DNA of 64,000 nucleotides from Candidatus Salsuginivita brisbanensis (GCA_038144975.1 JAYQOU010000002.1:1700-65699); one strand, 5' to 3'. Shown: positions 43,850 through 53,433, counted from the first letter of the stretch. A program made the numbers and translations. Notes: a model not told the origin generated them from the letters alone.

Positions 43850-45720
43850 CAGTCTCTTTCGTTGCGGGGGCGGTTCGGGTTCTCGATCTGGTCGATACGT
43901 TGGTAAAGCGTGGCGGGGGAGTCCTGCTCGCGAAGCTGGTCGAGGCGCTGGAGGGTCATCGTGAGTGAAGGATCGGCCTGCTGCAGATTCTGCCGCGGCG
44001 GCGTGCCCCCGACCTTCTGCGATTCCTCGGGAGGCGGCGGGATGTCGTCCTGCTGGTTTAGGAACTCGTCGTATTCCGAGAACGCCTGTTCCATGTCGGC
44101 CGGCGGCGGGTTGTCACTCTCGTCCTGCGAGGAATCCGGCTGGTTGAGCGCCTGGTCGCCCTGCTGTTGCTGCTCGGAATCCTGCTGGTTGTCGCCGCCC
44201 TCAGAACTCTCGGAGGACTGCTGTGACTGCTCCGATTCGCCGGACTCGCTGTTTTCCTGGCTTTCCGGAGAGGACTCCTCGCCGCCGCCATCCTGGTCCT
44301 GCGGCGGCGGTTGCTCTTCCTCCTGCTGCTGGTCCTGCTCCTCGTCGGGATTCTCGAGCAGGTCGCGCAGTTCCTGGCGCAGGGTGGGCCAGTCGGCGGC
44401 CGCGCCATCGAGCGCCTCGCCGAGCGCGACGGCGGCGAGTGCGTCCCTCACGGGTCCTTCCTGGACTTGCTGGCCGAGTGCGCGAACCTGCTGTCCCCAG
44501 GATACCGTGGTGCGAGCCATGTCTGCCCAGTCCTGCGCGGATCGGACTTCCTGGTCGGAGAGCCGCGTGACCACCATGGAAAGCGGGGCGGCCACCACTT
44601 CGAGATCGTCGGCCTCCACTGCGCGTGCTTGTGGAGCCATCATCGCCATCCCCGCCGCGAGCGCGAGGGAGAGGGCCGAAACGCCATGCTCTGCCGAGTC
44701 GAGCTTGAGCTCACGGGGACGCGGCCTCACCGGGAATTCCCGCCACAGGCTGAGAAGCAGGAAGAAAAGGGCGAGGGCGAGGGCCCACTGAAAACGCTCG
44801 ATGCGCCTGACCTGCAGTTCCTCGGCGAAGCTGCTCTGCTGTCCCGTCGCCACCGTTTCCTGGAGGAGGGTTGCCAGGTCGACCCAGGCGCTGGAGTCCC
44901 GGTAGGCCCCGCCAGTCTCGGCCGCGAGTTCCTGCATCGTCTCGGAGCCGAGCCTCGAAAGCACGACCGCCCCGCGCTCGTCTTTCACGAATGCGCCGCC
45001 GCCGTCCGGCACGAGTCCGCCCTCCGCGGTGCCCACCCCGAGTCCGATGACCCGAATCTGCCGCGCGCGAAGTCCGTCGAGCCGCGTGCGCCATTCGTCG
45101 TCGGTTGCATCGCCGTCGCTCAGCACAACGAGGTACCGATCCGCCCCGGCGTCGGCTGTGAAGGACTCGATCGCCGCATCGAGCATGCGCGCGTAGTCCG
45201 AGCCGCCCTCAGGCAGGTAGCGCGGTCCGAGAAGCGGCAGGAATTCCCGCAGGATCTCGTAGTCGGCGCTGAGCGGACTCTGCACGAAGGCGGTGCCGGC
45301 AAAGAGCAGCATGCCGACGCGTTCGCCTTGGAGACGCTCAAGCAGCGACTGGACCAGCAGCTTGGAGCGCTCGAGTCGCGACGGCTTGATGTCCGAGACG
45401 AGCATCGACCGCGAGAGGTCGACCGCGATCATGATCTCGCGCGACTGGTCGAACACCTGTTCCTCGGTCTGGCCCCACTGGGGGCGGGCGAGTGCCGCGA
45501 TGCCGAACGCAATCCCGATCGCGAGCAGCACGCGGGGTCTCGCGCGGCCGAACCGGGAATCGCGCCGCGGCCAGAGCCGCACGCGGCTCCGGCCGGCCTC
45601 GGCGCGAAGGATGCGCGGGAAGGTCACCGCGCCCTCGCGGCGGCTGTGCGCGCGGTCCCAGGCCATCAGCACCAGCGGCAGGACAAGGAGCCAGAATGCG
45701 TGCGGCGTTGCGAAGGTCAT
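43846..45720 (-). CDS. vWA domain protein (BatB-like) with long acidic low-complexity C-terminal region
   Basis: N-terminal TM segments plus a vWA domain with MIDAS-like 'IMIAVDLSRSM' and 'LVVLSDGD'. A further TM segment and a Glu/Gln/Ser/Asp-rich tail follow. Confidence 0.8.
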   Translation of the reverse strand: MTFATPHAFWLLVLPLVLMAWDRAHSRREGAVTFPRILRAEAGRSRVRLWPRRDSRFGRARPRVLLAIGIAFGIAALARPQWGQTEEQVFDQSREIMIAVDLSRSMLVSDIKPSRLERSKLLVQSLLERLQGERVGMLLFAGTAFVQSPLSADYEILREFLPLLGPRYLPEGGSDYARMLDAAIESFTADAGADRYLVVLSDGDATDDEWRTRLDGLRARQIRVIGLGVGTAEGGLVPDGGGAFVKDERGAVVLSRLGSETMQELAAETGGAYRDSSAWVDLATLLQETVATGQQSSFAEELQVRRIERFQWALALALFFLLLSLWREFPVRPRPRELKLDSAEHGVSALSLALAAGMAMMAPQARAVEADDLEVVAAPLSMVVTRLSDQEVRSAQDWADMARTTVSWGQQVRALGQQVQEGPVRDALAAVALGEALDGAAADWPTLRQELRDLLENPDEEQDQQQEEEQPPPQDQDGGGEESSPESQENSESGESEQSQQSSESSEGGDNQQDSEQQQQGDQALNQPDSSQDESDNPPPADMEQAFSEYDEFLNQQDDIPPPPEESQKVGGTPPRQNLQQADPSLTMTLQRLDQLREQDSPATLYQRIDQIENPNRPRNERDW

Positions 45721-46832
45721 GTGCCGAGTGCGGTCCGGGAAGTTACCGCGGGCGCCGCATTTGCCGACGAGGACTGGCCGGAACGCTGTGCGATCCGATG
45801 CGAGCGCCTTGCGAGTGCGGCGCCGGCGAGGAGCAGGATCGCGCCGGGGGCGGCCAGCCAGGGAAAGAGTTCCGACGTCAGCAGGAAAACTCGCGATTCG
45901 AAATCGATCTTCTCGACCTCGTCGATCGCGGCGAAGGCCGACTCGACCGTGCCGGTGTCGAGCGCGCGGAAGAAGCTTCCACCGGTGATCTCGGCGACCT
46001 CGCGAAGCGTTTCCTCGTCGATGTCGGACGGGAGGTAGCGAAGGCCGATGCGCCGGTTGGAGGCATCCATCACCGGAAAGGGCACGAGGCCCGGCTTTCC
46101 GGCGCCGATGGTGTAGACGGGAATGCCGCGTGATTGCGCCAGGCGGGCGGCGTCCCTCGGCTGGAGTGCCCCGCGGTTGTTGGCGCCGTCGGTCAGGAGA
46201 ACGACGAAGGCGCCCATGCGCCTGCCGTCGACCTCGTGACGCGCCTGCTCGAGTCGGGTTAGCGCGACGCCGAGGCCGTCGCCGATCGCGGTGCCGTCCT
46301 CGATGAGTCCGGGCCGAAGCCTGTCTAGCTGGCGGCCGAGCCAGACATGGTCGAAGGTGAGGGGAGCCATCGTGTAGGCCCGCGCGGAGAACACCACCAT
46401 CCCGATTCGGTCGTTGGGCCGGTTCTCGATGAACGCCTCGATGACGGGCTTGATCGCCTGGAGCCGGTTGATCGTGATCCCGTTGCGCTCGTAGTCCTCT
46501 GCGAGCATCGAGGTCGAGAGGTCGATCGCGAGGACGATGTCGTAGCCGCTCGCCTGCACCTCGCGCCGGTCCTCAACCTTCTGCGGCCGCGCCAGTGCCG
46601 CCACGACCAGCACGATCCCGGCGATCGCGAGTCCAACGGGCCAGCGCGACAGGAACCTGGACGAAGGCCTGTGCCACGCAGCCGAGAACGGCACGAGCAT
46701 GACAGCGACCGAGCGTCTCCGCCGGATCAGCATCACGATCGGGATGAGCGCCAGGGCGAGGAACCACCACGGATCGTGCAGGGTGTAGTTCTCCAGCAGG
46801 GCTAGCATCGCGTGGGCGGGGAGTATCGGCAT
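45717..46832 (-). CDS. vWA domain protein (BatA-like)
   Basis: N-terminal TM segments, vWA 'IVLAIDLSTSM' and 'FVVLLTDGANN', and a C-terminal TM segment. It overlaps the batB-like start by 4 nt. The start could instead be the Met at 46808. Confidence 0.85.
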   Translation of the reverse strand: MPILPAHAMLALLENYTLHDPWWFLALALIPIVMLIRRRRSVAVMLVPFSAAWHRPSSRFLSRWPVGLAIAGIVLVVAALARPQKVEDRREVQASGYDIVLAIDLSTSMLAEDYERNGITINRLQAIKPVIEAFIENRPNDRIGMVVFSARAYTMAPLTFDHVWLGRQLDRLRPGLIEDGTAIGDGLGVALTRLEQARHEVDGRRMGAFVVLLTDGANNRGALQPRDAARLAQSRGIPVYTIGAGKPGLVPFPVMDASNRRIGLRYLPSDIDEETLREVAEITGGSFFRALDTGTVESAFAAIDEVEKIDFESRVFLLTSELFPWLAAPGAILLLAGAALARRSHRIAQRSGQSSSANAAPAVTSRTALGT

Positions 46833-46838
46833 AGGCGG

Positions 46839-47741
46839 TCAGCGGCTGCGCATGCGCGCGTGGAAGAAGCGAACGAGAGCGTCGAGCCGGTTCTCGTCGG
46901 TGCCCACGGTGAGCTGGCTGAGCGTGTCGGGGAAGAGCGAGCGCCAGCAGGACTCGCGCTCGGCGCACCAGGCCGCGTGCGCCTCGCGCTCGGCGGGGGA
47001 ATCCTCGAGGGTGACCAGACGTCCCGTGACGGGGTCGAAGGTCGTGAGCGCGGCGCCCTCAGGTATCGCGCGTTCCCAGGGATCCTGGGCGCGGAAGCCC
47101 ATCGTCTGGTAGCGGCGCTGGAGTACAGTCCATCCCTCAGGTTCCGGGCGTGGAGGGAAGTCTCCGAGCCAAAGCAACACGCTGTGCTTCGGCGCGGCGC
47201 GTGCGAGGAAGTGCCAGGGAATGCGCGCGGGCTCGCCGCTCATCCCGGGCGCGGGGCGCCCGAGCAGGGTCGCGGCCGAGTGCATGATCGCGCCATGGCC
47301 GCGGACGGGCTCGCGGTAGGTGTAGCTGCGAGGCGTCGCGTGCAGGTAGCCGATGCGGTCCCGGTTGATGGAACTGAGCAGCATCACGAGCCCGGCGAGT
47401 TCCATGAGGATCTCCCGTTTGGAGACCTCGCCCGAGCCGAACTGCAGGCTGGGGGTGTCCTCGAAAAGGATGACAAGCGTGATCTCGCGCTCCTCGACGT
47501 ACTTCTTTCGATAGGGCTCGCCGAGGCGTGCCGTCACGTTCCAGTCGATGTCGCGGACGTCGTCCCCGTACTCGTAGCGGACGACCTGGTCGAACTCCAT
47601 GCCGCGTCCCTTGAACGTCGACCGGTATTCGCCGCTCAGGAGATTCCTGACCGCGTGCTGCACGCGCCACTCCAGGCGCCGCAGCACGGCGAGCTGCGAC
47701 GCCTTCGCGGCGGGCTCGGCCTGACCGGGGGACGGGTTCAC
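46839..47741 (-). CDS. DUF58 domain protein
   Basis: 'GEYRSTFKGRGMEFDQVVRYEYGDDVRDIDWNVTAR' is the canonical DUF58 motif. It overlaps the moxR stop codon by 4 nt. Confidence 0.88.
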   Translation of the reverse strand: MNPSPGQAEPAAKASQLAVLRRLEWRVQHAVRNLLSGEYRSTFKGRGMEFDQVVRYEYGDDVRDIDWNVTARLGEPYRKKYVEEREITLVILFEDTPSLQFGSGEVSKREILMELAGLVMLLSSINRDRIGYLHATPRSYTYREPVRGHGAIMHSAATLLGRPAPGMSGEPARIPWHFLARAAPKHSVLLWLGDFPPRPEPEGWTVLQRRYQTMGFRAQDPWERAIPEGAALTTFDPVTGRLVTLEDSPAEREAHAAWCAERESCWRSLFPDTLSQLTVGTDENRLDALVRFFHARMRSR

Positions 47742-48703
47742 GTGGCGGGTACGGGAGTCGACTCGATGACCTGGGCGATGATCCGGTCCGGCGAGATCTC
47801 CTCGGCCTCGGCTTCGTAGGTCAGGCCGATGCGATGCCGCATCACGTCGGGGGCGAGTTCCTGGATGAGTCCCGGAACGACGTACTCCTGGCCGCGCAGC
47901 CAGGCGAGGGCGCGGCTGGCCTGGTAGAGTGCCAGGGAGGCGCGCGGCGAAGCGCCGTAACTCAGGTAGCGGTTGCCGGAGTCGGCGGGCTTGTCCGCCA
48001 TCGCGCGGGTGGCCCGGACCAGGGCAAGGATGTAGCCGTGTACCGGCGCCGAGACGTGCACCTGGTCAACCTGCTCGCGGAGGGAAAGCAGTTCCTCACC
48101 GCTCGAGACGACCGAAAGGGCCGGCTGGCGGGTGACGAGGCCCCAGCGCTGGAGCATGGCGGCCTCCTCCTCGGCGGAGGGATACTCGACAAGCAGCTTG
48201 AAGAGAAAGCGGTCGGCCTGCGCCTCGGGAAGCGGGTAGGTGCCCTCCTGCTCGATCGGATTCTGCGTCGCCATCACGAAAAAGGGCGCGGGCAGCGGGT
48301 GGGTCTGGCCGCCGAGTGTGACCTGGCGCTCCTGCATGCCCTCGAGCAGGGCGCTCTGCACCTTTGCGGGGGCACGGTTGACCTCGTCTGCAAGCACGAG
48401 ATTGGCGAAGATCGGGCCGCGGTGGGGGCTGAAGGCGCCGTCCTTCGGTGAGAACACCATGGTACCGACGACATCGCTCGGTAGGAGGTCGGGGGTGAAC
48501 TGGATGCGCTCGAACTGCACGCCAAGCGTCGCGCCGAGCGATTTCACCAGCAGGGTCTTCGCGAGCCCCGGCATGCCCTCCAGGAGCACGTGGCCGTTGG
48601 CGAGCAGGGCGACGAGCAGCCGCTCGATGACTGCGTCCTGGCCGATGACGGCCTTGCCGATTTCTTCGCTGAGTTTCTTGGACCAGGCTGGGCCGGTGAT
48701 CAT
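47738..48703 (-). CDS. MoxR family AAA+ ATPase
   Basis: 'GHVLLEGMPGLAKT' (Walker A), 'LADEVNRAPAKVQSALLEGMQERQVT' (Walker B/sensor) and 'ATQNPIEQEGTYPLPEAQADRF'. The start is set at the ATG at complement 48701-48703. Confidence 0.93.
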   Translation of the reverse strand: MITGPAWSKKLSEEIGKAVIGQDAVIERLLVALLANGHVLLEGMPGLAKTLLVKSLGATLGVQFERIQFTPDLLPSDVVGTMVFSPKDGAFSPHRGPIFANLVLADEVNRAPAKVQSALLEGMQERQVTLGGQTHPLPAPFFVMATQNPIEQEGTYPLPEAQADRFLFKLLVEYPSAEEEAAMLQRWGLVTRQPALSVVSSGEELLSLREQVDQVHVSAPVHGYILALVRATRAMADKPADSGNRYLSYGASPRASLALYQASRALAWLRGQEYVVPGLIQELAPDVMRHRIGLTYEAEAEEISPDRIIAQVIESTPVPAT

Positions 48704-48833
48704 GGATGGGGGGCTGAACGTGAATGCGTGATGTGGCTCCGATGCCGCGGCCAGCCGTCTCGGCCGGGCAGCTACCGGATCCGGACTTTGACTTGGCGGG
48801 GGAGCAGCGGTTTCCTGACAAAAACGAGCGCGG

Positions 48834-49226
48834 ATGGCTTTACCACCCCAAATCGCTGAACGCCTCGCCGTCCTCGGCGTCGATCCCTCCGAAGTGTCGG
48901 AGCGGTTCGTGCGCGGCACGGGACCGGGGGGCCAGAAGATCAACAAGACCTCCTCGACAGTGTGGCTGCGGCACGGGCCGACGGGGATCGAGGTGCGGTG
49001 CCAGGCGGGGCGCTCCCAGGCGGCGAACCGCGAGGCTGCCTGGACCGAGCTTTGCCGAAAGATCGAGGAGCAGCGCTGGAAAGCGAGCGACCGTGCCCGT
49101 CAGGAGTTCGAAGCCGAGCGACGCAGGCGCCGCGGAAAGACCCGTTCCCAAAAGGCGCTGATGGTTGAATCGAAACGCCACCGCCGACGGACCAAGGAGC
49201 GCAGGGGACGGATTTCTGACTACTGA
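48834..49226 (+). CDS. RF-1 domain (GGQ) protein, ArfB/ICT1-like peptidyl-tRNA hydrolase
   Basis: 'GTGPGGQKINKTSSTVWLRH' carries the GGQ motif. The 130-aa protein has a strongly basic C-terminal tail ('RRRRRGKTRSQK...KRHRRRTKERRGR'). Confidence 0.7.
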   Translation: MALPPQIAERLAVLGVDPSEVSERFVRGTGPGGQKINKTSSTVWLRHGPTGIEVRCQAGRSQAANREAAWTELCRKIEEQRWKASDRARQEFEAERRRRRGKTRSQKALMVESKRHRRRTKERRGRISDY

Positions 49227-49285
49227 TTGCGGATCTCGGGATATCTGCGAATGCCAATTGCCGATTTCCGAATGCCATAATCGGC
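49225..49285. repeat. R3 degenerate octamer repeats
   Basis: 'gattgcggatctcgggatatctgcgaatgccaattgccgatttccgaatgccataatcgg' starts inside the stop codon of the GGQ protein, as the copy at 13693 does at the lysS stop. Confidence 0.65.
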
Positions 49286-49387
49286 CCACAGCCCACCGCC
49301 GACCGCTTTCCCCTTGCTCCTTACAACTTGCTCCCCCTCCAACCCTCCGCTTGGCGTCGGGCACAGTTTTCGTCTATCCCTGTGTCG

Positions 49388-50068
49388 ATGAAAGCCTCGG
49401 ACTTCTTTGCGCTTCCTGAATCGCTCGAGGCTTTTGCGGCCTTTTTCCAGCCGGACGTCGCCCCTTGGGAGTGGGTCAAGCGCATCGGCCCGGCGCTTGC
49501 GGAGTTCCGTCCGAAGCGCCGACCGGCGGCTGTGCCGGCGGGCATACACGCCGAAGGCGCCGTCTGGATCGATCCTTCGGCGACGATTCTACCCGGAACG
49601 GTCCTGATCGGCCCGGTCTTTATCGGACCGAACTCGCACGTCGGTCCCGGTGCATACCTGCGCGGCAACGTGATTGTCGGCGCGCGCTGCCGCGTCGGCC
49701 ACGGGGCCGAAGTCAAGAACTCCCTTCTTCTCGACGAGGTCGAGGCGCCGCACCGGCCGTACATCGGGGACTCGGTTATCGGGAATCGAGGGCATCTTGC
49801 TGCGGGAGTCGTGTGCTCGAACCTGCGGCTGGATCGTCAGGCAGTGTGCATCCGAAGCCCGGGCGGTGAAATCGACACGGGCCTGCGCAAGCTCGGCACA
49901 CTGCTTGGTGACGAGGCCGAGGTCGGCTGTAACGCCGTTCTCAATCCGGGCACGCTCCTGGGCAGGCGCTCGCTTGTCATGCCGGCTATCGCCTATGGTG
50001 GACAACTGCCGGAGGGCATGATTGCGCGCGTGCGTCAGACCGTGGCTCTGGTGAAGCGCCGGACCTGA
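49388..50068 (+). CDS. left-handed beta-helix (hexapeptide repeat) transferase, GlmU C-terminal-domain-like
   Basis: Hexapeptide repeats run through 'IDPSATILPGTVLIGPVFIGPNSHVGPGAYLRGNVIVGARCRVGHGAEVKNSLL...YIGDSVIG'. No nucleotidyltransferase domain is present. The start is ATG 49388. Confidence 0.7.
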   Translation: MKASDFFALPESLEAFAAFFQPDVAPWEWVKRIGPALAEFRPKRRPAAVPAGIHAEGAVWIDPSATILPGTVLIGPVFIGPNSHVGPGAYLRGNVIVGARCRVGHGAEVKNSLLLDEVEAPHRPYIGDSVIGNRGHLAAGVVCSNLRLDRQAVCIRSPGGEIDTGLRKLGTLLGDEAEVGCNAVLNPGTLLGRRSLVMPAIAYGGQLPEGMIARVRQTVALVKRRT

Positions 50069-50088
50069 GGTCGAGGCGGCGGTCGGCC

Positions 50089-50165
50089 AAAATCGTTCTC
50101 GTCCGCGTTCTCATTCTCGATTCACCTGTTCCGAATCCCCGGGCAAACCCGCAAACGAGAATGAC
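50089..50165. repeat. R1 hairpin, degenerate copy whose short right arm covers the trpS start codon
   Basis: Left arm 'aaaatcgttctcgtccgcgttctcattctcga' (50089-50120). Right arm remnant 'aacgagaatgac' (50154-50165) contains the trpS ATG at 50161. Confidence 0.6.
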
Positions 50166-51141
50166 CCAGCATCGACGCACGCTCACAGGCATCCAGCCTT
50201 CCGGCCAGCTCCACATCGGAAACTACTTCGGTGCGATGCGACCGGCGATCGACGCCCAAGGGGGCGCCGGTGAGTGCTACTATTTCATCGCCGACTATCA
50301 TTCCATGACCTCGGTGTTCGATGCCGAGGCGCGGCGGAAGATCACCCGTGACGTGGCGCTGGACTGGCTGGCCTGCGGGCTGGATCCCGCGCGCTGCGTC
50401 TTCTGGAGGCAGAGCGACGTGCCCGAGGTGCAGGAACTGGCCTGGATACTCGGTACAGTCGCGCCGATGGGCCTGCTGGAGCGCGCGCACAGCTACAAGG
50501 ACAAGGTGGCCAAGGGCATCTCGCCGAACTTCGGCCTGTTCGCCTATCCCGTGCTGATGGCCGCCGACATCCTGCTTTACGACGCCAACGCGGTGCCGGT
50601 GGGCAAGGACCAGAAGCAGCATGTCGAGATCACCCGCGACCTCGCCATCAAGTTCAACCAGGCCTACGGCGAGACCTTCGTCGTGCCAGAGCCGGTCATC
50701 CGCGACGAGGTTGCGATCGTTCCCGGGCTCGACGGGCAGAAGATGAGCAAGAGCTACGGCAACACGATCGAGCTTTTCGCGGAAGAGAAGGCGGCGCGGA
50801 AGAAGATCATGGGAATCGTGATGGACAGCCGGACGCCCGCCGAGCCGAAGCCTGATGCCGACAAGAATCTTGCCGTCCGGCTCATGAAGCTCGTTGCGCC
50901 CGCGGCGGTCGCGGCCGACTTCGAGGGCCGCCTGCGCGCAGGCGGGCTGGGATACGGCGACCTCAAGAAGGCGCTGTTCGAGCACCTCTGGGAACATTTT
51001 GCCGCGGCCCGCGCCAAGCGCGCCGAGCTGGCTGCCGATCCGGGTCATGTCGATCGCGTGCTTGCCGACGGCGCGAGCCGTGCTCGCGAAGTTGCCTCCG
51101 TCGTCCTGAAACGCGCCCGGCGCGCCTGCGGCATCGAGTGA
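50161..51141 (+). CDS. trpS: tryptophan--tRNA ligase
   Basis: 'TGIQPSGQLHIGNYFGA' (HIGH-type) and 'KMSKS'. 326 aa. Confidence 0.95.
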   Translation: MTQHRRTLTGIQPSGQLHIGNYFGAMRPAIDAQGGAGECYYFIADYHSMTSVFDAEARRKITRDVALDWLACGLDPARCVFWRQSDVPEVQELAWILGTVAPMGLLERAHSYKDKVAKGISPNFGLFAYPVLMAADILLYDANAVPVGKDQKQHVEITRDLAIKFNQAYGETFVVPEPVIRDEVAIVPGLDGQKMSKSYGNTIELFAEEKAARKKIMGIVMDSRTPAEPKPDADKNLAVRLMKLVAPAAVAADFEGRLRAGGLGYGDLKKALFEHLWEHFAAARAKRAELAADPGHVDRVLADGASRAREVASVVLKRARRACGIE

Positions 51142-51977
51142 GTCGCAGTGCCCGGCTCAGCGACCGTCTGGCACGGCAAGCATCCATGGCCTCGCACCGG
51201 CTCACCGGAATCCTCGGCAAGGAGCGCCTGACGTTCCGGGACAACGCCGAGCTCGAGCGGTACTATGAGGACAAGTATGCGGGGGGCGGGTACGACGGCG
51301 GGTGCATCCTGTTCGGGACGAACATCAGCGAGCTCTACCATCGGGAGCGTCACCGATCTGCGCTTTGGCTGCTGAAGCCCGCCACCGGCGAGCGGATCCT
51401 CGATGTCGGCTGCGGCACCGGCGCGCTCGCCGCGAGGATCGCCGAGGGGTGCGGCTCCGTCGACGCGATCGACGTCGCTGGCAATGCCTTCTCAGAAGCG
51501 AACCGGTCCGTTCAGAATCTGAGCTTCCGCAAGATGAACGCGGAGGCGCTGGATTTCCCAGATGCGACCTTCGATGCGATCGTCTCGGTCGAGACGCTCG
51601 AGCACGTGATCGACGCGGACCGCGTGCTGGCCGAGTGCCGACGCGTCCTGAAACCCGGCGGGCGCCTCGTGCTGACCTATCCCACCGTGAACCGCACGAC
51701 GATGCAGCGGGTGCTCCGGCTCCTGCGGCTGGCGCGCCGACTCGAGATTTCGGAACACCTGACGGAGTGGAGCTGTGCGGAGCTGATCGAGCACGCGAAA
51801 GCCGCGGGATTTGAACCGACGCGCTCGGAGGGCATCGCGTTCGACCTCGGCCCGTTCGGGTGGCTCAAGTACACCTGCAGGTTCCTCGCCGTAAACCTGA
51901 CGCGGCTTTCGCTGGCGATCCGCCGGTTTCCCGGAAACTCCGCCTTTGTTTCGGTGCGCTTCAGTCGCGCGGATTGA
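51138..51977 (+). CDS. class I SAM-dependent methyltransferase
   Basis: 'ILDVGCGTGALAARIA' (motif I) and 'FDAIVSVETLEHV'. The GTG at 51138 overlaps the trpS stop codon as GTGA; ATG 51186 is an alternative start. Confidence 0.8.
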   Translation: MSRSARLSDRLARQASMASHRLTGILGKERLTFRDNAELERYYEDKYAGGGYDGGCILFGTNISELYHRERHRSALWLLKPATGERILDVGCGTGALAARIAEGCGSVDAIDVAGNAFSEANRSVQNLSFRKMNAEALDFPDATFDAIVSVETLEHVIDADRVLAECRRVLKPGGRLVLTYPTVNRTTMQRVLRLLRLARRLEISEHLTEWSCAELIEHAKAAGFEPTRSEGIAFDLGPFGWLKYTCRFLAVNLTRLSLAIRRFPGNSAFVSVRFSRAD

Positions 51978-52054
51978 ATGCTCGTTTGGTGAGCTTGCCT
52001 CCCCGGGCACGCTGACTAGGCGTCAAGGTGCCGAATGGCTTTGCCCCTGTGCCC

Positions 52055-52738
52055 ATGAAGATTCCCGCAGTCCTTGCGTCGCTGATACTCGCCGCCGTTG
52101 CGACGGCAGCGCCGATGCGGCTTGCCGTCACGGTGTCCGACTCGCAGGGCGCCGAGATTTCCGCGAACGTCATCTTCGACGGGCAGGTTGTCTATGAGTA
52201 CGGACCCAACGCGGCTGCCGGTCCGATCGCGCGGTTCGACCTCGCGTCGCCGGGCTGGACTGACCTGACGACCGGGCAGGCGATCACGCTCGATCAGGCA
52301 AAGCAGTGGGCCCAGCAGTCGCGTCAGCAGACGCAAACGACACTGCAGCGAATTCCCGACGCCAATCAGCGGGCGTTTGTCGGCGAGATGCTCGAGCCGA
52401 ACCTGGCGATCAGCCGCGGGGGAGGCACGATTCGACTCAGGGGTCAGTTCATATCCTACGCTGTCTCGTCGCCGATCGTGACTTCCGCCGAGATGCTTCG
52501 ACTGCTGTTCGCCTACGAGGAGCTCAATGCGTACCGCAAGGCGATCGTCACGCGCCAGGCGCCGCCGTTTCTCCAACTCGAGGTCGGCCGCGTGGCGCGC
52601 GAGGAGGGAATGTTTCCGGGCAGGATTGTAACGGATATCACGACCCCGGCGGGGACCGTGACCGTCACGTCGGTCAGCGTGCTTACCGAGCTGACCCAGT
52701 CGGAGGAAGAGGCCTTCCGGCGGCAGATCGCGCGGTAA
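52055..52738 (+). CDS. secreted hypothetical protein
   Basis: The ATG at 52055 gives the signal peptide 'MKIPAVLASLILAAVATAAP'. Codon bias is coding-like. No family recognised. Confidence 0.5.
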   Translation: MKIPAVLASLILAAVATAAPMRLAVTVSDSQGAEISANVIFDGQVVYEYGPNAAAGPIARFDLASPGWTDLTTGQAITLDQAKQWAQQSRQQTQTTLQRIPDANQRAFVGEMLEPNLAISRGGGTIRLRGQFISYAVSSPIVTSAEMLRLLFAYEELNAYRKAIVTRQAPPFLQLEVGRVAREEGMFPGRIVTDITTPAGTVTVTSVSVLTELTQSEEEAFRRQIAR

Positions 52739-52752
52739 GTCTGCTTAATCTG

Positions 52753-53433
52753 TCAGATCACCGCAGGGCTCGGTTCGTGGAGTCCGGCGACGGCTTCCAT
52801 GATCCGTTCGGAGGCGCGTTGGTAGCGTTCCGAGCCGGCTGATGGACCCGGGTCGTAGGTGTCGACGGTCATCGGCTTGCCGAAGACGATCGAGACCGGC
52901 TGGCCGAGGTGCAGGGGACCCCCGCGGCCGAGCGCCAGGTGCGAGCCGAAGATGCGCGCGGGCACAACGGGCACGCGGGTGCGGCAGAGGATCATTCCGA
53001 CACCGGGCTTGGCAGGCAGAAACGAGTCGCCCATCGAGCGCGTCCCTTCCGGGAACATGATCAGCACGCGTCCGTCGCCCAGCGCGCGCAGCACGCGCTT
53101 GATCGAGGAGACGTCGCCGCCGCCTTCGCGGTCGACGGGAATGGTTCCGACGCCGTCGAGCCACCAAGAGGCAAGGCCTCCCTTCCACAGGCTCTTTCGG
53201 GCGAAGAAACACATCTGGCGAGGCACCTGGCAGCCGACCAGCGGCGGATCGAGGAAGCTCGCGTGGTTCGAGGCGATGACGAACGGACCGTCAGGTGGCA
53301 GGTGCTCCTGTCCGGCAACCTCGCCGCGGAAGAACATGTCGTAGGCCACCACTATCATGTAGTGGCAGAAGCCGTAGAGGCGATCCATCGCGCCCTGGGC
53401 GTAGCGTCGCATGGCGTCAGCGGGCATTGTCAC
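52753..53433 (-). CDS. plsC: 1-acyl-sn-glycerol-3-phosphate acyltransferase
   Basis: 'IASNHASFLDPP' (HX4D block) and 'MFPEGTRS'. Confidence 0.88.
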   Translation of the reverse strand: MTMPADAMRRYAQGAMDRLYGFCHYMIVVAYDMFFRGEVAGQEHLPPDGPFVIASNHASFLDPPLVGCQVPRQMCFFARKSLWKGGLASWWLDGVGTIPVDREGGGDVSSIKRVLRALGDGRVLIMFPEGTRSMGDSFLPAKPGVGMILCRTRVPVVPARIFGSHLALGRGGPLHLGQPVSIVFGKPMTVDTYDPGPSAGSERYQRASERIMEAVAGLHEPSPAVI

